From: Bacteroidales bacterium UBA714
GTDB taxonomy: Bacteria; Bacteroidota; Bacteroidia; Bacteroidales; UBA932
Assembly (NCBI GenBank): GCA_002298075.1
Contig: DBLW01000209.1
Span: 1-45,153, forward strand
Reading direction: 5' to 3'
Length of the DNA stretch: 45,153 nucleotides
Shown piece by piece: positions 1 to 10,493 of this stretch (its first letter is position 1; every line of letters starts with the position of its first letter). The translations under genes were made by a program, and so were the position numbers. Under the pieces are notes generated by a model. The model did not search any database. It was not told the origin of the DNA and worked only from the letters and a program-made list of their open reading frames with translations.

Positions 1-1199
1 GTGCGTCTTTTCTTTCTTGCGCGCCCGACCTCCAATGTCTCCGCAAGCGCACCCTGGATGAACGCGTACTTCGCGTCAACCATTGAAGATTCCAATGAAG
101 AGCCGAGAATGTCCGATATCCTCTTCTGTTCCTCAAAACGTGCAGCGATTATCTCATCCCTTCCTGGAAGCCCCTCCACGACCGCCTCCGCTTCCTTGTC
201 ATTCTCAAGATACTTTATCGCCAGCCAGCGTGTCGAATATTTGTGGCGGATGTCAGGAATCCTCTGTACAAGGCGTTTTATGCGGTCTATGCTCTGCTCA
301 ATCTCCGCCCCATGGTTGATATGGATATGGCGGGCCAGACGCGGGTCGCTGTTCTCATATATCTGAATCACAGTGTCGAAAAGAGCTGAAATCCCCTCTC
401 CGCTGCGGCTGACGGTAGGCACTACAGGCATTCCGAGAAGATAGCCGAGCTGGCGTATATCAAGCTTGTCACCACGTGAAACCAGTTCATCATACATGTT
501 AAGAGCCATGACCACCCTCAGATTCATGTCAATAAGCTGGGTTGTAAGATACAGATTGCGCTGCAGATTGGACGCGTCAACCACATTCACGACAACATCG
601 GGGCTTTCTTCGAGAAGATTCCTGCGCACATAAAGTTCCTCAGGGCTATATGCAGACAAAGAATATGTGCCCGGCAGGTCCACCAGCAGGAACTTGTATC
701 CGCCATGCGAGAATGTCCCCTCCTTGGCATCGACAGTCACTCCGCTGTAATTGCCCACATGCTCATGGCTGCCGGAAGCCATATTGAACAATGAAGTTTT
801 TCCGCAGTTCGGATTTCCCACAAGGGCCACCTTTATTACCTTGCCGCGCTGATGGGCCAGGTCCGCCATGCGTCTCTGAAGGCACAGGTCATCACACTCC
901 TCAGCCTCCAGCGCCTTAAGCCCATGCAGTTCAGAATTCAGTCCGGAAATATCCTGGCCTGTAACTTTGGCTTCGGTCTCCCCTATCACCTCTATTTTCT
1001 CCGCCTCTTCCCTGCGCAAAGAAATCTTGTACCCTATTATCTCATACTCGATAGGGTCCTTCAGGGGCGCGTTCAGTATCACCTTGACACTGTTCCCCTT
1101 GACGAATCCCATCTCTATTATTCTTTTGCGGAAGCTGCCGTGGCCATATACTTTCACGACCACGCCGCGTTCTCCCGTTCTCAGTTCCGACAATTTCAT
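1..1199 (-). CDS. feoB: Ferrous iron transport protein B with fused N-terminal FeoA domain (runs off the left edge)
   Basis: Hand translation from ATG at 1199: MKLSELRTGERGVVVKVYGHGSFRKRIIEMGF...NAPLKDPIEY (FeoA), then GTPase motifs GNPNCGKTS, VGNYSGVTVD, DLPGTYS, NMYD. Absent from the ORF track because no stop lies in the window. Confidence 0.95.
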   Translation of the reverse strand, partial: MKLSELRTGERGVVVKVYGHGSFRKRIIEMGFVKGNSVKVILNAPLKDPIEYEIIGYKISLRREEAEKIEVIGETEAKVTGQDISGLNSELHGLKALEAEECDDLCLQRRMADLAHQRGKVIKVALVGNPNCGKTSLFNMASGSHEHVGNYSGVTVDAKEGTFSHGGYKFLLVDLPGTYSLSAYSPEELYVRRNLLEESPDVVVNVVDASNLQRNLYLTTQLIDMNLRVVMALNMYDELVSRGDKLDIRQLGYLLGMPVVPTVSRSGEGISALFDTVIQIYENSDPRLARHIHINHGAEIEQSIDRIKRLVQRIPDIRHKYSTRWLAIKYLENDKEAEAVVEGLPGRDEIIAARFEEQKRISDILGSSLESSMVDAKYAFIQGALAETLEVGRARKKRR

Positions 1200-1224
1200 A
1201 AGCTGTTCCCCTATTTCAAGACGG

Positions 1225-1232
1225 CAAAGATA
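1225..1232 (-). promoter_or_regulatory. Bacteroidota sigma-A -7 element (TATCTTTG) for feoB
   Basis: Matches the TAnnTTTG consensus, 25 nt upstream of the ATG. Confidence 0.6.
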
Positions 1233-1271
1233 CATATTACCGCTCCAACTTCATTCAAACGGCACAACAAA

Positions 1272-1311
1272 ACGGCACCCTCTCACGACATATTGCGAGA
1301 GAGGGTGCCGT
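1272..1311 (-). terminator. Intrinsic terminator after the lipocalin gene
   Basis: Inverted repeat ACGGCACCCTCTC...GAGAGGGTGCCGT followed by a T run on the minus strand. Confidence 0.7.
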
Positions 1312-1341
1312 CTGCTCCTCATTAATGATGACTCTTAAGGA

Positions 1342-1875
1342 CTATCTGTTGAGGCTCTGGTCCACATATATCAGCTTGGAAGTGTCATATCCGCGTCTGC
1401 GGGCCTCAGCCAGCACTTTGCCAAGCACTGCTCCGTCCAGTTCCGGTGTCCTCGAAAGAATCCAGAGGTATCCCGGTGACGAGCTTCCAACAAGGGCCAC
1501 GCTATAGTCCTCATCTATCATAAGGACTCTGTAGTCACTATAAAAAAACATGAAGAAAGACACTCTCAGCCTTGCCGGCTCACCTGACGGGTCCGGCTGC
1601 CTGGCTTTCCCGTGAGCCGTCTTCATCTTGCCGTTGCGCCATCCGGAATTGATTACATCCACCTTTCCGTCATCACGCAGAAGATATTCCGCAGTGACAT
1701 TGTCCATTCCCCTTTCGAACCTGTGGTCGTACCGGGCAATCTCATACCATGTGCCCAGATATGAGCTGAGATCAAAAGAAGAAACCGTTGTCTTGTCATG
1801 CTCCGCGTCAGGAGCGAAAATAAGCCCCGGAAACATTGCCGCAGCCAGGGCCAGAGGTATAAGTGTGCTGCTCAT
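1342..1875 (-). CDS. Lipocalin family protein (Blc-like), signal peptide without lipobox Cys
   Basis: YLGTWYEIARYDHRFE and YLWILSRTP lipocalin motifs; hydrophobic N-terminus. Confidence 0.9.
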   Translation of the reverse strand: MSSTLIPLALAAAMFPGLIFAPDAEHDKTTVSSFDLSSYLGTWYEIARYDHRFERGMDNVTAEYLLRDDGKVDVINSGWRNGKMKTAHGKARQPDPSGEPARLRVSFFMFFYSDYRVLMIDEDYSVALVGSSSPGYLWILSRTPELDGAVLGKVLAEARRRGYDTSKLIYVDQSLNR

Positions 1876-1939
1876 AAGTCACCTGCATTTAAATCATTAC
1901 TAAACTAACCGGAACGCAGGCAACTCAAAAAGCATGCTA

Positions 1940-2812
1940 TTATGCTATTTCGATGCGGTATGAAGCATTGAATCTTTCTCCGGACGCAAGACTGTTCATC
2001 CAGTCCCTGTCCTTGAACTCGCCCTCAAAGCCAGCACGGTCGCAGCGTCCGAACCAAGGTTCTATGCACACGAACGGTGCATTCTTGCCCGGAGGCGACC
2101 ACAATCCGAGCACAGGAGCGTCAAACGTGACGGACAGCCACGGAGTCCCGTCTTCACAGAACATGGCGACCTTCTTCACCTGAGAGTCCTGAAGCACGAA
2201 AGTATCTATGTCATCGAATGTGTCGGAATTGAGCTTGAGCCTGCCGTCCGAAAGCGGAAGAGGATATCTTTTCGTTGCATCAGCACAGCCCTTTCCGGCA
2301 AGGCCGACGCATTCCAGACCACCGCAGCGGTCAAAAGTGAAATATCCGCGGCCTTTCTCAAGCTTGCCGTAGTCCGGATAAAGGAAAGCCGGATGTGCAC
2401 CTATCTGGAAATGCATGTCCTTGTCAGCCGGATTGCCGACTTCCCATGACACCTCGATTCCGCTGCCTTCAAGACGGTATCCGATTTCGAGCGTGAAAGG
2501 ATACGGATATGCCTTAAGGGTCTCTTCAGAGGATTCGAGCCTGAAGCGGATGCTGTCACCAGCCTTTGCCACAACTTGAAATTCCATGTCACGTGCAAAA
2601 CCGTGCTGTCCCATAGTGTATTCTTTGCCGTCAACGCGGTATCTTGCCTCCCATACGCTTCCGACTATAGGAAAGAGCACAGGTGAGCGGCGGTTCCAAT
2701 ATTCCGGCTCGCCATGCCAGAGATATTCTGTCTTGCCTTTCCTGATGCTCCAGAGTTCTGCCCCGACCTCATTGATTTCAACTGTCAGGACACCGTTTGT
2801 CAATGTCTGCAT
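1940..2812 (-). CDS. Aldose 1-epimerase family protein (LacX-like)
   Basis: SPVLFPIVG, HGFARD, GAHPAF and FVCIEPW motifs. Confidence 0.9.
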   Translation of the reverse strand: MQTLTNGVLTVEINEVGAELWSIRKGKTEYLWHGEPEYWNRRSPVLFPIVGSVWEARYRVDGKEYTMGQHGFARDMEFQVVAKAGDSIRFRLESSEETLKAYPYPFTLEIGYRLEGSGIEVSWEVGNPADKDMHFQIGAHPAFLYPDYGKLEKGRGYFTFDRCGGLECVGLAGKGCADATKRYPLPLSDGRLKLNSDTFDDIDTFVLQDSQVKKVAMFCEDGTPWLSVTFDAPVLGLWSPPGKNAPFVCIEPWFGRCDRAGFEGEFKDRDWMNSLASGERFNASYRIEIA

Positions 2813-2838
2813 ATTACTTTCTGTTATAATTTAGTTTT

Positions 2839-4551
2839 TCACATGGACAGCTTCTTGTGCGAATGAGCTTCCACAACATTTATCACATAGTCTCCGAGCT
2901 TTTCACAGTCGCCTATGATGTCCATATAATTCACTCCCATCTGATAGTCATATTTCTGTTCATTGACATCATTGAGATTCATTTCCTTAAGCTGGGACCT
3001 GTAATTGTTTATCTCATTCTCTATATTGAGCGACTTGACTGTCTCAGTTTCGGGAACCTCGTCATTGAGCTGGCGCACCATCTGGTCAAGGGCCTTCATG
3101 CACAGCCCGAACATATGTCCGATATGCTTATACTGTCCTTCTGTGAAGTCTTCCTTTCCCTTATGCTTGCGGTCAAGGGTCCTCGCAAGGTTGAAGCAGC
3201 TGTCACATATGCTCTCAAGCTCCGAAATCTCCCTGAGCATTGAGCGTATGGTGTTCTTGCTTTCAGGGCTGAGACGTCCCTCGGAAACCTTGTTCAGATA
3301 GTTCGCAATCTCTATTTCCATGTTATCGCTTATGCCCTCATACTTCTCGACACGCGTATAAAGCTTGTTGAAGTCGTTTTCGTCCTTGAGCATAAGCAGC
3401 TCCGGGATGAAAGAGAACATCCTGCGGCATCTCTCTGCAAAAAGATTGATTTCTTTGCGGGCTTCGAAAAGAGACAGTTCGGCAGTGGAGAGCAGACCGC
3501 TGGAAATGAAGCGCAACCGGCCTTCCTCATCCTCAGCCTTCTGAGGTATGGCGCGGCTTACAATCCTCTCTATCGGCTTGACGAACCATATGAGAATCAG
3601 AACGTTGCACACATTGAAAGCCGTATGGAAAGCAGCAAGCACATAAGTCAGCCTTACTGAGACTGCCTCGACTTCCTCAGGAGTTGACGGTACAAACGTC
3701 TGGTCATATCCTATAATTTTGCAGACCATGTCCACGAAAGGGCGGAAAACAATGAGCACCCAGACTACCCCGAAAACATTGAAGAGCATATGAGCCAGGG
3801 CGGCCCGCCTTGCCTGCGTGCTCGCACTCATCGCAGCAATGTTCGAAGTGACGGTAGTGCCTATGTTCTCACCCATCACCAGCGCGATGCCATGATGAAT
3901 AGGAAGCACGCCGCTGGAGCACAGAATCATTGTAATCGCCATAATTGCGGCCGAAGACTGCACGCACATTGTAAGGACACTTCCAAGCAGCAGGAAGAGC
4001 AAGGTGGAACCGAATCCCCATCCCCCGCAAGATGCGAAGAAATCAATTATATCCTGGTTATGGGCAAGGTCCATTTCAAGAGCATTGGTCCTCAAAGTGC
4101 AAAGTCCAAGAAACATCAGCGAGAAGCCGAAAATGAATTCGCCCAGCGAGCGCGTAGAGTTCTTCTTAAGAAAAATGAGCACTATGGCAACCGCAAACAA
4201 CGGAAACACCACTGTGCCCATATCAAACTGGAAACCGAATACCGACATTATCCACGCTGTGGCAGTCGTACCGATATTTGCTCCCATGATAACAGAAATA
4301 GCCTGCGCAAGTGAAAGAAGGCCGGCATTGACAAAGCTGACAGTAAGCACTGTCGTTGCAGTTGAAGACTGTACGGCCGCCGTCACGAATGCTCCGGTGA
4401 GCAGTCCAGTGAAACGGTTAGTCGTCATAGCGCCGAGAACACTGCGCAAATGGCCTCCGGTAAGCTTTTGGAGTGCCTCGCTCATCGTCTTCATTCCGTA
4501 CATCAGAAGAGCAAGACATCCGAGAAGCTTCAGGAAAGTGAAAATAGTCAT
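2839..4551 (-). CDS. Na+/Pi cotransporter family protein with C-terminal PhoU-like domains
   Basis: Duplicated QSS and G(A/E)NIGTT motifs; C-terminal EKLGDY. Start placed at ATG 4551 because the longer TTG start lies inside a TATTTTTG promoter (4576-4583). Confidence 0.9.
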   Translation of the reverse strand: MTIFTFLKLLGCLALLMYGMKTMSEALQKLTGGHLRSVLGAMTTNRFTGLLTGAFVTAAVQSSTATTVLTVSFVNAGLLSLAQAISVIMGANIGTTATAWIMSVFGFQFDMGTVVFPLFAVAIVLIFLKKNSTRSLGEFIFGFSLMFLGLCTLRTNALEMDLAHNQDIIDFFASCGGWGFGSTLLFLLLGSVLTMCVQSSAAIMAITMILCSSGVLPIHHGIALVMGENIGTTVTSNIAAMSASTQARRAALAHMLFNVFGVVWVLIVFRPFVDMVCKIIGYDQTFVPSTPEEVEAVSVRLTYVLAAFHTAFNVCNVLILIWFVKPIERIVSRAIPQKAEDEEGRLRFISSGLLSTAELSLFEARKEINLFAERCRRMFSFIPELLMLKDENDFNKLYTRVEKYEGISDNMEIEIANYLNKVSEGRLSPESKNTIRSMLREISELESICDSCFNLARTLDRKHKGKEDFTEGQYKHIGHMFGLCMKALDQMVRQLNDEVPETETVKSLNIENEINNYRSQLKEMNLNDVNEQKYDYQMGVNYMDIIGDCEKLGDYVINVVEAHSHKKLSM

Positions 4552-4855
4552 AGGGTTAATGTTCAAAATAGTATGCAAAAATAATCAAAGTACGCGAATA
4601 CATAAGCATTTTCACCATTTTAGAATCACTTTTTCATCTCTCAGCACAAGAAATCCACATTCGCAAAGACTGATGCCACATCTTGCTCCCGCGGCATGCC
4701 ACTAAAAGCACATCCGCCCTTAAGGCTTTAAGGCACCCAAACCGCTGTCATGACAACCAGGGCTGTTTTGCCATCTACATTAATTTATGTTGAGCAGCCA
4801 AATGTGCAGAATGTGATACATCTGACGAATCCCCGATTCTCTCACTCATACTTCC

Positions 4856-4908
4856 GGAGAGTGGGACGGAGAGTGTCATGGAGAGTGGGATGGAGAGTGG
4901 GACGGAGA
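4856..4908 (+). repeat. 12-bp tandem repeat, ~4.4 copies
   Basis: GGAGAGTGGGAC / GGAGAGTGTCAT / GGAGAGTGGGAT / GGAGAGTGGGAC / GGAGA. Confidence 0.9.
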
Positions 4909-4914
4909 AAATAC

Positions 4915-5002
4915 AAAACGGTTTAAGAAATGGCCTGATTTTTTACGGAATGCTCCCAAAAAGAAATTCGGTGTAAGAATCGCCCGGAATTTTTACCGTT
5001 TT
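4915..5002. repeat. ~88-bp imperfect palindromic element, copy A (REP/MITE-like)
   Basis: AAAACGGT...ACCGTTTT ends; similar to 14527-14613. Confidence 0.75.
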
Positions 5003-5249
5003 ACCGTTGCAGCCCGCCAATTGCGACATGAAACATACCAGCTCGCAAGAAGGGCTCCTCACACGACTCAACATCAGCAGTCGATTTGAGGTGGAGCACA
5101 AACAGCCGACTATCAACACATTCCGGATATACGATTCCCCGTTCACGGGACACCGTTTGCCAGCAAACTGCTGATTATCCAACAATTACAATACACACGG
5201 AAACGTCTTGTCCAATAATAGGTAAACCTATTCAGGAGAAGGAATAAGA

Positions 5250-5290
5250 AAAAGAGGATGAACAAAAATTACTTTTTGATCACCCTCTTT
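5250..5290 (-). terminator. Terminator immediately 3' of tRNA-Ala
   Basis: AAAAGAGGATGAACAAAAA...TTTTTGATCACCCTCTTTT imperfect inverted repeat. Confidence 0.65.
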
Positions 5291-5367
5291 TGGTGGAGAT
5301 AGTCGGAGTCGAACCGACGACCCTCTGCTTGCAAAGCAGATGCTCTAGCCAACTGAGCTATACCCCC
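5291..5367 (-). tRNA. tRNA-Ala(TGC)
   Basis: Cloverleaf, anticodon arm TCTGC-TT TGC AA-GCAGA, G3:U70 Ala identity pair, GGTTCGA T-loop, encoded CCA. Confidence 0.97.
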
Positions 5368-5437
5368 GATTGCGGATGCAAAGATGAGACATATTTTTGA
5401 AAAAACAAAATAAACCTTCAAAATTGCATCCTCATTT

Positions 5438-6730
<1,293 letters not shown>

Positions 6731-6786
6731 TTAACGCCGGGCGTAATTTCAAAAACAGTTCCAAACATGTCTTGCATGAGGCTGTC

Positions 6787-8601
6787 CTATTGGCGGACAA
6801 CGGGAAGAATGATTCTGGATGCATTGCCTGCCTGATGGTAGATTGTCACTTCGGATTTGACGTAATCCCCGTCCGAGGCTTCGTATATGTTCGGCATGAA
6901 GGTTTGCGGGTTCATGTAGACCAATGGGAACCAGCTGCTCTGAATCTGTATCATGATCCTGTGTCCTGGGTTCATCTTGTGCGCTATGTCATTCATGGTG
7001 AAGCTCACATGGGTTATTTCTCCTGGCTTGACAGGCTCCGGAGATGACAGGCTGTGGCGGTATCGTATGGGAAACACATCCGCCCTTAGGAGCATCTGGT
7101 AGCCGTCCGGGTGAACATCAATCAGTTTCACGACAATGTCGGCATCGGTTGTACCGAGTGACAGTGCAAGTTCCGCTCTAATTGGGCCTCCGAGCATTAC
7201 CGGGACTTGCAGGCATGCGCTTGTGAATGTAAGGACGTCGTTTCTGTGTGATGCAAAAGACTGGTCAGCTGCCATGTATGCCCTGTCTCTCTTGGATGCG
7301 TCCTGCATGAACGGCACCGGGGCGGACGGGTCTGAGATGTATGCAGATGACGAGCATGAATCGGACGGCATGTCAAGTGAAAGCATTCCGTTCCGATTGA
7401 GATATGCCGGGACATACTCCGTTCCTGGAAACGGCCAGCTTTCTGATGTGTGCCACAGGCTGTCTCCTGACATTCGGATATATACCTGTTCTGGTTTTCC
7501 TCCTTTTCCTTCGAGATAGTGCCTGAAGAACGGGTATTCGATGTTTTTCATGAAATATTCACCTGTCCCGCTTCCGAAATCCGCTTGGCCGAGCCCTTTG
7601 TAAGTCTTGCTGTGCCAGCATCCGTGGCACCATGGGCCATATGCGAAGTGTACGGAGCCGTTCGTGGAGTTGTCCCGGATCAGCCTGTATGTATTTACCG
7701 CACCGTAGCAGTCATCCGTGTCGAAGGTGCCTCCTGTCACGAGAATTGCCGGCTGTATGTCTTTCAGGTGTTGTTCGAGCGAGCGCTCCTGCCAGAAACT
7801 GTCGTAATGTGGATGTGACATGATTTCATTCCAGAATTTCATCGTGTCGGCAAGTGCGGCGGTGAGTGATGTCCCGTCCTTGTGTTCAAGGAACCAGTCA
7901 TATGAGTTTCCTTTTACCGGGTATGGGAGCCGGTGCTCTTTTACCATTGGATTGTTGTGCCGCTTGAACATATATTGTCCGAAAGAGTAGCTGTCTGTCA
8001 GCATAAGCGCTCCGTTGTGGTGCACGTCGTCTCCTTTGTACCAGTCAAGGATAGGGGCCTGCGGTGATACTGCTTTAAGGGCAGGGTGGCCGGAAAGGGC
8101 TGACATTGTGGCGTAGAACCCGGGATATGACATTCCGGTTATGCCCACTTTCCCGTTTGAACGTGTGTTTTTCAGGAGCCATTCTATGGTGTCGTAGGCG
8201 TCGGATGCCTCGTCTGTTTCCGTTGCCGTCTTGTGCGGATTGTATGGCCGGACGTTTTCGAATGTGCCTTCGCTCAGGAATCTTCCGCGTACATTCTGGA
8301 ATACGATGATGTATTCATTGAGTACGAATTGTTCCATTGTACCGGTGAGGTCTGAAGCCCATCCATTGCCGTATGGAGAGCAAGAATATGGAGTCCTGAC
8401 CATCAGGACGGGTCTTTTTTTCTTTGTTGCCGGCTCATATATGGCTGTGTATAGTTTTATGCCGTCCCTCATCTCTACCATTGCCTCGCGCTTCGTGTAG
8501 TTGGCCTCGAGCCATCTGGTGTCTATCTGCCCGTTTCCATGGCATATGAATGAAAGTGTAAGGAGTACTGATAATATCAGGATTCCGGTTGTGTTTTTCA
8601 T
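6787..8601 (-). CDS. CocE/NonD family (peptidase S15 / alpha-amino acid ester hydrolase-like) secreted serine hydrolase
   Basis: RTPY, VRGRFLSEG, GMSYPG nucleophile motif, GPWCH, C-terminal SSWFP. Start MKNTTG precedes a signal peptide and follows a TATCTTTG promoter (8643-8650). Confidence 0.88.
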   Translation of the reverse strand: MKNTTGILILSVLLTLSFICHGNGQIDTRWLEANYTKREAMVEMRDGIKLYTAIYEPATKKKRPVLMVRTPYSCSPYGNGWASDLTGTMEQFVLNEYIIVFQNVRGRFLSEGTFENVRPYNPHKTATETDEASDAYDTIEWLLKNTRSNGKVGITGMSYPGFYATMSALSGHPALKAVSPQAPILDWYKGDDVHHNGALMLTDSYSFGQYMFKRHNNPMVKEHRLPYPVKGNSYDWFLEHKDGTSLTAALADTMKFWNEIMSHPHYDSFWQERSLEQHLKDIQPAILVTGGTFDTDDCYGAVNTYRLIRDNSTNGSVHFAYGPWCHGCWHSKTYKGLGQADFGSGTGEYFMKNIEYPFFRHYLEGKGGKPEQVYIRMSGDSLWHTSESWPFPGTEYVPAYLNRNGMLSLDMPSDSCSSSAYISDPSAPVPFMQDASKRDRAYMAADQSFASHRNDVLTFTSACLQVPVMLGGPIRAELALSLGTTDADIVVKLIDVHPDGYQMLLRADVFPIRYRHSLSSPEPVKPGEITHVSFTMNDIAHKMNPGHRIMIQIQSSWFPLVYMNPQTFMPNIYEASDGDYVKSEVTIYHQAGNASRIILPVVRQ

Positions 8602-8675
8602 GACATCTTGATAGTGTGATTTGACATCTTTGGTTGGTTGTGCAAAGATATGGAAATGATGTAATGTAAGAAAAG

Positions 8676-8708
8676 AAAAAGAGACCTGAAAGAAATTCAA
8701 GTCTCTTT
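8676..8708 (-). terminator. Terminator 3' of tRNA-Glu
   Basis: AAAGAGACCTGAA...TTCAAGTCTCTTT inverted repeat with T tail on the minus strand. Confidence 0.65.
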
Positions 8709-8710
8709 AG

Positions 8711-8785
8711 TGGTAGTCGGTAGGGGAATCGAACCCCTATTGCAAGATTGAGAATCTTGAGTACTAACCGTTATACGAACCGACC
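8711..8785 (-). tRNA. tRNA-Glu(CTC)
   Basis: Cloverleaf, anticodon arm CAAGA-TT CTC AA-TCTTG, GGTTCGATTCC T-arm, encoded CCA. Confidence 0.95.
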
Positions 8786-8794
8786 ATGTTTTCG

Positions 8795-8822
8795 TTTTGG
8801 GATTGCAAAGGTATGAATAAAA
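8795..8822 (-). promoter_or_regulatory. Promoter of tRNA-Glu (TACCTTTG -7 element), 28 bp identical to the rplS promoter
   Basis: Plus-strand TTTTGGGATTGCAAAGGTATGAATAAAA occurs here and at 15268-15295. Confidence 0.75.
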
Positions 8823-8914
8823 TTTTAAACTCCAAATCTTTTTTAGATTTTTTTGAAAAAATCGAATTTTTGTTTTGCAACCGCTTTTTGTTCCCTCTGC
8901 TCTCAGCTTGCAAT

Positions 8915-9283
8915 TTATTTTAAAAAGACAAAGAAGACGGCGAGAATCAGGCAAAGGAAGGCTGCTATGTGATTCCATTGAAGCCCCTCGCCTTTGAACA
9001 GCAAGGTTACGATAATAGTGAATACCGTCAGCGATATCACCTCCTGCACTACTTTTAGCTGCATCAAGGTGAATGGACCGCCGTTTTCTATGAAGCCTAT
9101 CCTGTTGGCGGGAACCTGTGCGCAATATTCGAAAAATGCGACTCCCCAAGAGAACAGGATGACGAGAAGGAGCGGCCAGCTTGACGAAATCTTCATTTCC
9201 TGAAGTTTCAGATGTCCGTACCATGCGAATGTCATGAATATGTTGGATGCTACCAGCAGAAGTATTGTCCAGATTGCTTTCAT
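8915..9283 (-). CDS. Small DMT-superfamily membrane protein (DUF486-like)
   Basis: SNIFMTFAWYGHLK, FFEYCAQVPANRIG, QLKVVQEVISL; four hydrophobic segments. Confidence 0.85.
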   Translation of the reverse strand: MKAIWTILLLVASNIFMTFAWYGHLKLQEMKISSSWPLLLVILFSWGVAFFEYCAQVPANRIGFIENGGPFTLMQLKVVQEVISLTVFTIIVTLLFKGEGLQWNHIAAFLCLILAVFFVFLK

Positions 9284-9322
9284 CTCGTTTGCTTTAGGAA
9301 TGTGTCCGAAATTCTCCGTGCG

Positions 9323-9781
9323 CTATTCGTGGTTTTCCATCCTTTTTTCTGCAAGAGCCTGATATTTCGTGCCGGGGCGGCCGTAGTTCGCATATGGGAA
9401 TATGCTTATTCCTCCGCGTGGAGTGAACAGGCCCGTTACCTCAATATATTTGGGGTCCATAAGCTTTATCAGGTCTTTCATTATCTTGTTTACGCAGTCC
9501 TCATGGAAGTCCCCGTGATTGCGGAAACTGAAAAGGTACAGCTTCAGGCTTTTGCTTTCCACCATCTTTACGTCCGGTATATAGGAAATACGTATCTCCG
9601 CGAAGTCCGGCTGGCCAGTAATCGGGCAAAGGCTTGTGAACTCCGGGCAGTTGAAGCGTACCCAATAGTCGTTTTCCATGTGCCTGTTTACAAATGTCTC
9701 CAAGACTTCCGGAGAATAATCACTTTTGTATTCTGTCTTTCTTCCGAGGGCAGTCAGTCCCTCTGTCTCTCTGTTTTCCAT
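9323..9781 (-). CDS. queF: NADPH-dependent preQ0 reductase (type I QueF)
   Basis: [32 protein letters not shown] motifs. Confidence 0.96.
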   Translation of the reverse strand: MENRETEGLTALGRKTEYKSDYSPEVLETFVNRHMENDYWVRFNCPEFTSLCPITGQPDFAEIRISYIPDVKMVESKSLKLYLFSFRNHGDFHEDCVNKIMKDLIKLMDPKYIEVTGLFTPRGGISIFPYANYGRPGTKYQALAEKRMENHE

Positions 9782-9798
9782 ATGATATGTTTCTTTTG

Positions 9799-10491
9799 TT
9801 ATTCTTCTGATGTGCTGCAGCAGGACTTTTCACGTGACTTGAGATATTTCTCAAGGCCGTCTCTTCTGAGCTTGCAGGAGGGGCAGTGCCCGCATCCGTC
9901 ACCTTTGATGCCGTTGTAGCAGGTTAGCGTGTCGTTCCTTACGAGGTCAAGCACACCGAGCCTGTCAGCCATTTCCCATGTCTGTGCCTTGTCGAGCCAC
10001 ATGAGGGGAGTATGGATGATGAATTGGGAGTCCATAGCGAGGTTCAGGGTCACATTGAGGGATCTTATGAACGAGTCCCGGCAGTCGGGGTAGCCGCTGA
10101 AGTCTGTCTGTGAAACTCCGGTTATGATATGCCTTATGCCGTTCTCCCTGGCATATACGGCTGCAGTGCTCAGGAAAAACAGGTTCCTTCCAGGAACAAA
10201 AGTATTCGGGAAACTGCCCTCCGGCTTGCTGTCATCCATTTTTATGGATGTGTCCGTAAGGGAATTTGAGCCTAAGGAGCCGATGAAGGACATGTCCATA
10301 TAGCGGAAGTCCACGCCTGCCCGATTTGCAATCTCTTTTGCGCATTCTATTTCAAGGCTGTGCTTCTGTCCGTAGCCGAAGGTAAGCGTATGTACCTGGC
10401 CGAAGTGCTCAAGTGCCCAATATAGGCACGTGGTCGAATCCTGTCCTCCGCTGAAGACGACAAGTGCTTTTTCGGATTTGAATGTATCCAT
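9799..10491 (-). CDS. queC: 7-cyano-7-deazaguanine synthase
   Basis: [19 protein letters not shown]-terminal Zn motif [10 protein letters not shown]. Confidence 0.96.
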   Translation of the reverse strand: MDTFKSEKALVVFSGGQDSTTCLYWALEHFGQVHTLTFGYGQKHSLEIECAKEIANRAGVDFRYMDMSFIGSLGSNSLTDTSIKMDDSKPEGSFPNTFVPGRNLFFLSTAAVYARENGIRHIITGVSQTDFSGYPDCRDSFIRSLNVTLNLAMDSQFIIHTPLMWLDKAQTWEMADRLGVLDLVRNDTLTCYNGIKGDGCGHCPSCKLRRDGLEKYLKSREKSCCSTSEE

Positions 10492-10493
10492 AT

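Noticed and set aside
1-1199. FeoA-FeoB fusion as a novelty
   Set aside because: A known and common architecture in Bacteroidota
1-1338. Plus-strand ORFs 1..366, 83..319, 852..1325 and 967..1338
   Set aside because: Antisense shadows of the feoA-feoB gene on the minus strand
4768-4795. dif-like site (TTATGTTGA resembles the XerD arm)
   Set aside because: No convincing XerC arm at the 6-bp spacing; better described as a simple near-palindrome
4856-5002. Possible CRISPR or mini-array
   Set aside because: 12-bp units with no unique spacers and no cas genes in the window
4943-5185. 80-aa minus-strand ORF in the tRNA-Ala spacer
   Set aside because: TTG start, no recognisable motifs, and it runs through the palindromic repeat
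8697-9224. 175-aa minus-strand ORF
   Set aside because: Alternative frame over the DMT gene that reads through tRNA-Glu
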